64,000 bases of DNA from a virus. A program made the translations under genes and the position numbers. The stretch lies in the IMG/VR virus record IMGVR_UViG_3300045988_140636; one strand, written 5' to 3'. Below are positions 58,422 through 64,000 of this stretch, in pieces (within the stretch, counting starts at the first letter, position 1; every line of letters starts with the position of its first letter). The notes below the pieces were generated by a model, which saw only the letters and a list, made by a program, of their open reading frames with translations, did not search any database and was not told the origin of the DNA.

Positions 58422-59485
58422 ATAAAATGATAAGAGTCAAGGACATAATTATTTCAGAGTCTGCTCCAAATGATCCAAGAGTTGGATGGATAACTACTAA
58501 TGATAGAAAACCTGTACTTAAATTCAATATAAATGGAGTATGGAAGGATATGATGAAGGAGACTGATAACCCAGGAGAGGATGTAGATAATTACTATAGA
58601 ATATTAGTAGGTCCGTCTAGTGGTCTTTGGTTGCTGTCTATATATGGAGATGCAGATTTGAACAATGATGAGCAGACTACTGATATGACCGTAGTTTGTT
58701 TCAGTACTGAAGAATCCTTAATGAGATGGAAATTTGTTGCTGGATACACTGTTGGTCAGTATAAGGCATTAACTGGGGAATCCATTTCAAATGAAATTGA
58801 TTTTGATGATAATCATCAATTTCCATTATATATTGACTCGGATTTAATTAGTTCAGCAAAATATGGTCAATTAGAAGACACAGATACTTTAACAGAGATA
58901 CTCCAAAGGTTATGGGGTAATTGTGGGGAAGGAACTGTAAGACAGTTTACAGACGGCTATGGAAACATATACAACGTATCTAAAGCAGCAGATAGTAATA
59001 CTGTTTCAGTAATTAAGTATTTTCCAGAAGAACAATGGGTAACCTTTTTATTTGGGTCTAATGTGAGCTTCTCTGATAATGCTGCTATAATAGCAGCTAT
59101 GAATGGAGGAAGTACAGTTACTATAGATTTGACAGATATACAGTCTATTGTTTCCTCAACTAGGTATGGAGACACTGATAGTTCTAGTGTTGTTATCTAC
59201 CCTAATCAAACAGTATGGTGTTCTGCAGCTACTGAAACATTAAATGTGACTGTCAATACAGATGGTAGAGAAAAAAGTAGTGCAGTGTCAGGAGTAACTT
59301 ATTTAGCTTGTAAACCTGATGTTAAGACTGTAAATCTTACAGCTGGAGCTAATATCAGCATATTTCCAAGTGGTCCATTGAGTCTGACAGGTAGTGGGAA
59401 CAAATTAATACAATTTACCTTCATAAAAACAAGTGAAGGAATTGCTTACGAGGTTTATATTAGTAAATTAGGAGAAGATTTTTAA
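58418..59485 (+). CDS. virion structural protein (355 aa)
   Basis: Overlaps portal stop; Thr/Ser/Asn/Val-rich beta-strand composition. Confidence 0.4.
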   Translation: MNKMIRVKDIIISESAPNDPRVGWITTNDRKPVLKFNINGVWKDMMKETDNPGEDVDNYYRILVGPSSGLWLLSIYGDADLNNDEQTTDMTVVCFSTEESLMRWKFVAGYTVGQYKALTGESISNEIDFDDNHQFPLYIDSDLISSAKYGQLEDTDTLTEILQRLWGNCGEGTVRQFTDGYGNIYNVSKAADSNTVSVIKYFPEEQWVTFLFGSNVSFSDNAAIIAAMNGGSTVTIDLTDIQSIVSSTRYGDTDSSSVVIYPNQTVWCSAATETLNVTVNTDGREKSSAVSGVTYLACKPDVKTVNLTAGANISIFPSGPLSLTGSGNKLIQFTFIKTSEGIAYEVYISKLGEDF

Positions 59486-59489
59486 GATT

Positions 59490-61241
59490 ATGGGAGTGAT
59501 TAGAAAATTAAAAGATAAAGAACTGGTTGGAGGAACCCGAGATGAAGAAGTTTATCCTGTAACAAGTACACAATCAGTTTATAATAGCCAGAATAAGACA
59601 TTGGATCAGCTGTTAGCTCGTAATCTTCCAATAAATATTTCTGCCAATTATTCTGCCAATTATTCTACCATTGCATACTCTCTTAAAGAGGCTATAAGTA
59701 CAGTTCCCTTATATGATAGAAGGATTGGATTTGTAGGAACATTTTTATCTAAGGATTTAACTCCGAATAAGTGGGTAACTATACAATATAATGGTGTATC
59801 TGTAGATAGTAGTTCTTGGGTTAACCTTGATAATTGGGTCCAAATGTTATCTGAATTAGACATAGTTCAGTCTAGTGGGGAATCTGAAGATAAAGTAATG
59901 AGCCAGAAAGCTGTTAAGAAGTTTGTAGAAGAATATAGTGGCCCTAAGGTAGTATATGATATCTCCTTATTTGATGCACTATCTTTTGGAGATACTGTTA
60001 ATGATGCTTTTGTGCCTATATCTGGTGGATTTGAAGGTGTGCCTAAGTTTCCTTCTATAGGGGATATGGTAGCTAACGTAGCTTATGGTTCTATCAAAGG
60101 AGTGGTAATATTCTCTGGGGCAGAACTAAGAACAGGCAGAAAAGTGGTAATATATACGAGTTATGGAGGAGTAAATACTATATATATCAATAACAACATT
60201 GTCTCTAATATATCCAGAACTCATGTATATAATTTTACCGTATTAAAGGCTATTAACGGTAATAGCGCGCCTCCAGAACTTAAAGCTGCATTTACACCAT
60301 TGGGGGGTAATAGAATAATTCCTCCTAGAGCTGGAGATGTAGCTGTTTCAGCCGTATCCTCTGAAAGTGCCGTATTTGTTTCAGTTACCTATGATGATGG
60401 TGTCTATACCATTCATTATATAGTAAATGATGAGCATAGGATAATAAAAGCACATTCCAATTGGGTGATACAGGACTATACTGTATATAGCTTACCGGAG
60501 TTAAAGTACTCAATAGAAGCTATGACTGCTACATTACCTTTATCTAAATTTTTATTACTAGAAACTGGAGCCTCACAAGTAGATGTTGCTAAAGCACTAA
60601 ATATGAGTGCTAGCTCTACTAGTGGTATGATATCTACTTCATTAATCAGATTAAGTGCCATTCCTATAATTGATCTAGTATCTAGTAATACTGATACTAG
60701 TGAGAATAGAATAAAGTGCAATATAAGTGAACTTACTGAGACCATAGGTACTTCAGCTAAAACCTTGCATAGAATATCCTTTACTTATATGAATAAATCA
60801 TATGATTATGACTTCTATGTAAAAGATAATAATGAATACACTGTTAGAGTTACAGTAGGTGGGTTAAATGTAGAGACACTGTCGTTTGTTAATATTCAAG
60901 CTCTAAACGGAGCTTCTAATGTTAGAGCTATAAAGAATGCTTTAAAGATTAGTGATAGCTCTATGTCTATTACAGCCAGATTAGAGAATTTGTCTAAATC
61001 TATAGTAATATTAACGGATGATGATGCAAGTGACAATTTTGAGAATAGAACTTATGTAAATTTATATAAATCTAGAAAGGGTATAAATTCTACTTCATAT
61101 GCAGGTGTAGCTATGACCTATATGGGTCCGAATTTTATGCAAACTACTTTCTTCTATAACCCCACTCCAGAGAAGGAAGATCTAGATATCTCAAAAGTGG
61201 TTAGAGAAGTTCATGTATTAGAAAATCCTTCAATTGATTAG
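59490..61241 (+). CDS. virion structural protein (583 aa; capsid-associated, possibly major capsid protein)
   Basis: Position after the portal-proximal gene; beta-rich composition; no motif. Confidence 0.35.
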   Translation: MGVIRKLKDKELVGGTRDEEVYPVTSTQSVYNSQNKTLDQLLARNLPINISANYSANYSTIAYSLKEAISTVPLYDRRIGFVGTFLSKDLTPNKWVTIQYNGVSVDSSSWVNLDNWVQMLSELDIVQSSGESEDKVMSQKAVKKFVEEYSGPKVVYDISLFDALSFGDTVNDAFVPISGGFEGVPKFPSIGDMVANVAYGSIKGVVIFSGAELRTGRKVVIYTSYGGVNTIYINNNIVSNISRTHVYNFTVLKAINGNSAPPELKAAFTPLGGNRIIPPRAGDVAVSAVSSESAVFVSVTYDDGVYTIHYIVNDEHRIIKAHSNWVIQDYTVYSLPELKYSIEAMTATLPLSKFLLLETGASQVDVAKALNMSASSTSGMISTSLIRLSAIPIIDLVSSNTDTSENRIKCNISELTETIGTSAKTLHRISFTYMNKSYDYDFYVKDNNEYTVRVTVGGLNVETLSFVNIQALNGASNVRAIKNALKISDSSMSITARLENLSKSIVILTDDDASDNFENRTYVNLYKSRKGINSTSYAGVAMTYMGPNFMQTTFFYNPTPEKEDLDISKVVREVHVLENPSID

Positions 61242-61569
61242 TATTATGAAGATAAGTCATAATGATGATTTCAAAATAAGATTAAATTTTGTAGATTTGA
61301 GAGGGGAACCATTAAATCCCTCTCAAATAAAATTTAAATTTATTTATCAAGATTGTGAATGTAATACCTATGAAGTATCTTACAATGGAGTAAATAGAGT
61401 AAATAATATACTTAAAGGTGGAGTATTATATGCTATATTTAACTCTGGAATTTTTGTAAGAGGGCAACTAAGTGTTGTAAGAAACTATCAAATGCCTGAC
61501 GAAGATTTTCAGGATGGTATTTGGAACTTTAGTTCTCCTAGAGAGTTATTAAATATAATAATAATTTAA
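61234..61569 (+). CDS. hypothetical structural-module protein
   Basis: 111-aa ORF. Confidence 0.3.
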   Translation: MISIMKISHNDDFKIRLNFVDLRGEPLNPSQIKFKFIYQDCECNTYEVSYNGVNRVNNILKGGVLYAIFNSGIFVRGQLSVVRNYQMPDEDFQDGIWNFSSPRELLNIIII

Positions 61570-61570
61570 T

Positions 61571-62947
61571 ATGGAAAATATAATAGTAATAGAAGAAAAA
61601 GTTATATTACCTGAAACTCCTCTATGTGAACAAACTGTTACTATACCATGTATAAAAGGAGATAAAGGGGGTAAAGGAGACCCACTTACTTATGATGACC
61701 TTACTCCAGAACAAATTGAGGAGTTACAAAGACCAGCAATAGAGGCTGCTGAAGCAGCCAATGAAGCTGCTAAAAAGGCTGATACAGCAACTGAAAAAGC
61801 TAATATAGCAGCACAATCTGCTACAACAGCTACTACTAATGCAAATAATGCAGCTTCTAAAGCAACTACTGCTGCTTTATTAGCTAATGAAGCTATAGAT
61901 AATGCAAACCAAGCGGCGGAGAGTATCGCATACAAAGAGAATGGTTTTTATATTTCCCATGCTTTTCTTGAAGCCACAGATTTAAGGTATATAGGATTCA
62001 AAGAGATAAAAAACGACAAGACTTGTTACCTGCTTACGATGGGCAGGTGCTTGAAGTTTTCTTTGGACACTTACGAGGTGTTTTGGGACGTTAAACTTCA
62101 AGGATATGGAGATGCTTGGCATAATGCTGCTGAGCAGTTGAGGGTAATCGAGGATAAAATTTATATTACATGTACGAAATGGGGTGACCTCAATACTGGT
62201 ATTTGGCTTATCAAACTGAATGAGGAAGATGGAGCTTTTATCTCCGAGGAGTTTATTCCTATTCCAGTTAAATATGCATACGGAACATTTAAAAACAAAG
62301 AGGTTTTAATTACAAAGGACTATATATACGGGGTTGATAGTTACAATAAACAGATACTCCGATGTTCGATGGAGGACAAGTCGGTAGAAATTATCGATTC
62401 CATAGACTCTGCCGTATCCTTTCCCGTATTGGGGGACAGATGGATAACCCTGCCAGATGGAAGTGTGAAGTATGTACTTGTTTGGATTTCTGCCAAAAAC
62501 CATATCAAGATTGTAGATGAAGATAATAATCTGTACTCGATAGAGCTGGCCTTCTCAAATAACACACAAATTACAACATCTCAGAATACATATATTCATA
62601 ACATAAATTTCAAAACACCATATATTAACTTTATTAAAAATCCGTATAGACATTCAGTTCATTTGACGGACGGAGGAGATAACTCCTACTCTGCCGAAAA
62701 TATCGGTGTAAGGAACTCGTATCAAAATTTCCCATACACCACCGAATTTTACGGAAATAGTATGACAACACCAGATACCATTGTAAGTACGAATATTTTG
62801 AGTGCGACAAACGAATGGTTTTATAGACCTATTACCAACAATGCCTATATTTTCATGTCGAACGATCCAGATATGTTACTTGCCACCAACCTTTCTACTT
62901 CAAGAACCGTCGTAAGGCGTCAGATTGAAATAATCAATCCTATTTAA
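61571..62947 (+). CDS. fiber protein with short collagen-like segment, Ala-rich coiled coil and beta-rich C-terminal domain
   Basis: KGDKGGKGDP Gly-X-Y run, then AIEAAEAANEAAKKADTATEKANIAAQSATTATTNANNAASKATTAALLANEAIDNANQAAESIA; composition shift inside the gene near 61950. Confidence 0.5.
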   Translation: MENIIVIEEKVILPETPLCEQTVTIPCIKGDKGGKGDPLTYDDLTPEQIEELQRPAIEAAEAANEAAKKADTATEKANIAAQSATTATTNANNAASKATTAALLANEAIDNANQAAESIAYKENGFYISHAFLEATDLRYIGFKEIKNDKTCYLLTMGRCLKFSLDTYEVFWDVKLQGYGDAWHNAAEQLRVIEDKIYITCTKWGDLNTGIWLIKLNEEDGAFISEEFIPIPVKYAYGTFKNKEVLITKDYIYGVDSYNKQILRCSMEDKSVEIIDSIDSAVSFPVLGDRWITLPDGSVKYVLVWISAKNHIKIVDEDNNLYSIELAFSNNTQITTSQNTYIHNINFKTPYINFIKNPYRHSVHLTDGGDNSYSAENIGVRNSYQNFPYTTEFYGNSMTTPDTIVSTNILSATNEWFYRPITNNAYIFMSNDPDMLLATNLSTSRTVVRRQIEIINPI

Positions 62948-62957
62948 TTGAATAATT

Positions 62958-63317
62958 ATGTATATAGATATTAAAAACGAGAAGATTATAGGGATATACG
63001 CCGACAATGAGAGAAAAGAGTTGATAGATGTCGGCATTATCCCATCTCCCGAAGAGATACCCGGAAAAATACCCGTGATGTATTACCGGAACGGGGCGAT
63101 AGTCTATGAGTACGAACCTATCCCGGAGATACCAATAGAAGAGGAACATCTCATTCCCGAGATGACATATGAAGAGCAAGTAGTGGCAAAGATTCGAGAA
63201 AGATATAGTATTAATGACGAATTAGCTCTACTTCGTCAAAAGGATACAAAGACAGCAGAGTTTCAAGCATATTACCAATATGTTGAAGAATGTAAAAGTA
63301 ACATAAAAGCAAACTAA
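62958..63317 (+). CDS. hypothetical protein (GC-richer region)
   Basis: 119-aa ORF. Confidence 0.3.
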   Translation: MYIDIKNEKIIGIYADNERKELIDVGIIPSPEEIPGKIPVMYYRNGAIVYEYEPIPEIPIEEEHLIPEMTYEEQVVAKIRERYSINDELALLRQKDTKTAEFQAYYQYVEECKSNIKAN

Positions 63318-63328
63318 CAATATAGAAA

Positions 63329-64000
63329 ATGGGAACTATTATAATAACAGGTAATAAAGGAAATGGGGGAGGACTCACACCTCAACAAAAAATCGACGTA
63401 GCGGCGGAGGGGATTAAATTCTCATATTCTACGTTCGAGGAAGTACCGGAGATATTCGACTTTTCGAATGCGACGGATTTGTCATACATTTTTGACACCT
63501 GCAAATCTCTAATTTCTTTACCTTCAAACTTAAATTGGGGGAAAATGACTAATGTTGTGGCGGCTTTTCGTGGCACAACAAGTCTAAATTATGAAGTAAA
63601 TATAGAGCCGTTAGAAGTGCAGTCATTAGAAGGAATTTTTCAAAGGAGTAATATAAATAAGATCTTAAATTTATCCGTTCAAAGTGCATATACCGCATTT
63701 AACGCCTTTGAGAGCTCAAAACTAACGGAAATAGGCAATATCGATTTACCGGATATCACCGCCGCGGCATACGCTTTTTCAAACATTCCTATCGTTCATT
63801 TCCCGAAGATAAATATTCCGAAAATTGCTGATTGTAGCTTTATATTCTATAATAACCAATCCATGCAATCTCTTGAATACTGGGATTTTTCGAATGTAAG
63901 AGAAGCAACAAACATGTTCAAGGGGTGCTCGGCTTTGTCGTCGATCGGCGATGTGATCTTCTTACATACTGCTCTATCGCTGGCAGATTCCCCGAATATC
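63329..64000 (+). CDS. BspA-type leucine-rich repeat (LRR_5) protein, 5' partial (runs off the window end)
   Basis: Own translation from ATG 63329: MGTIIITGNKGNGGGL...FSNATDLSYIFDTCKSLISLPSNLNWGKMTNVVAAFRGTTSL... with repeated F..C.SL.SI pattern (AFESSKLTEIGNIDLPDIT, FKGCSALSSIGDV). Not in the ORF track because no stop is reached. Confidence 0.55.
   Translation, partial: MGTIIITGNKGNGGGLTPQQKIDVAAEGIKFSYSTFEEVPEIFDFSNATDLSYIFDTCKSLISLPSNLNWGKMTNVVAAFRGTTSLNYEVNIEPLEVQSLEGIFQRSNINKILNLSVQSAYTAFNAFESSKLTEIGNIDLPDITAAAYAFSNIPIVHFPKINIPKIADCSFIFYNNQSMQSLEYWDFSNVREATNMFKGCSALSSIGDVIFLHTALSLADSPNI

Noticed and set aside
1-64000. Prophage or lysogeny features such as integrase, repressor and att sites
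   Set aside because: No tyrosine or serine recombinase motifs were seen in any ORF; the architecture is that of a virulent crAss-like phage

Overview
The window is a near-contiguous stretch of a crAss-like (Crassvirales-type) podophage genome. GC content is about 30 percent and several features fit a Bacteroidales host: a lipoprotein lipobox, a BspA-type leucine-rich-repeat protein, and a Myb-like regulator. Two divergent modules flank a roughly 4 kb low-coding hub at 44.9-48.9 kb.

Minus-strand module, about 44.9 kb down to 0.1 kb, replication and nucleotide metabolism. It runs through an SF2 helicase, a DnaB-like helicase, an AAA ATPase, a DnaG-like primase, an E1-like/JAB/Ubl cluster and a uracil-DNA glycosylase. 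Next come a T7 endonuclease I-like resolvase, a PD-(D/E)xK exonuclease, an intein-containing ribonucleotide reductase, dUTPase and a family A DNA polymerase. The module ends with a HicA-like gene, thioredoxin, ThyX, a vWA protein and a block of three giant ORFs of 1450, about 960 and 1345 aa. These are typical of the crAss-like virion RNA-polymerase/cargo cassette and carry a DFDVD metal-binding-like motif.

Plus-strand module, 48.9 kb to the window end, early and structural genes. It holds an HU/IHF-like gene, large terminase, portal, structural proteins, and a collagen-like fiber. A partial BspA-LRR gene follows and runs off the window.

Main non-obvious features:
- Three related group I introns with recognisable P/Q/R/S core elements interrupt minus-strand genes: the DNA polymerase, the UDG and almost certainly the RNAP. 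Each carries a different homing endonuclease, one HNH and two LAGLIDADG. Splice junctions for two of them were deduced to the nucleotide.
- An HNH-intein sits in the ribonucleotide reductase active site.
- A phage-borne ThiF-like E1, a JAB/MPN peptidase and a ubiquitin-like-domain protein lie with two unknown ORFs. This is a candidate ubiquitin-like conjugation/deconjugation module.
- A HicA-like toxin pair is present.
- A membrane-anchored retropepsin-like protease is present.
- An SPFH lipoprotein cassette is present.
- A frameshifted free-standing HNH gene lies in the divergent hub.
- There is one tRNA-Arg(UCU).
- There are iteron-like direct repeats in the hub.
- A sharp GC/codon shift marks a mosaic receptor-binding region at the right end.
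- No integrase or lysogeny genes were seen.
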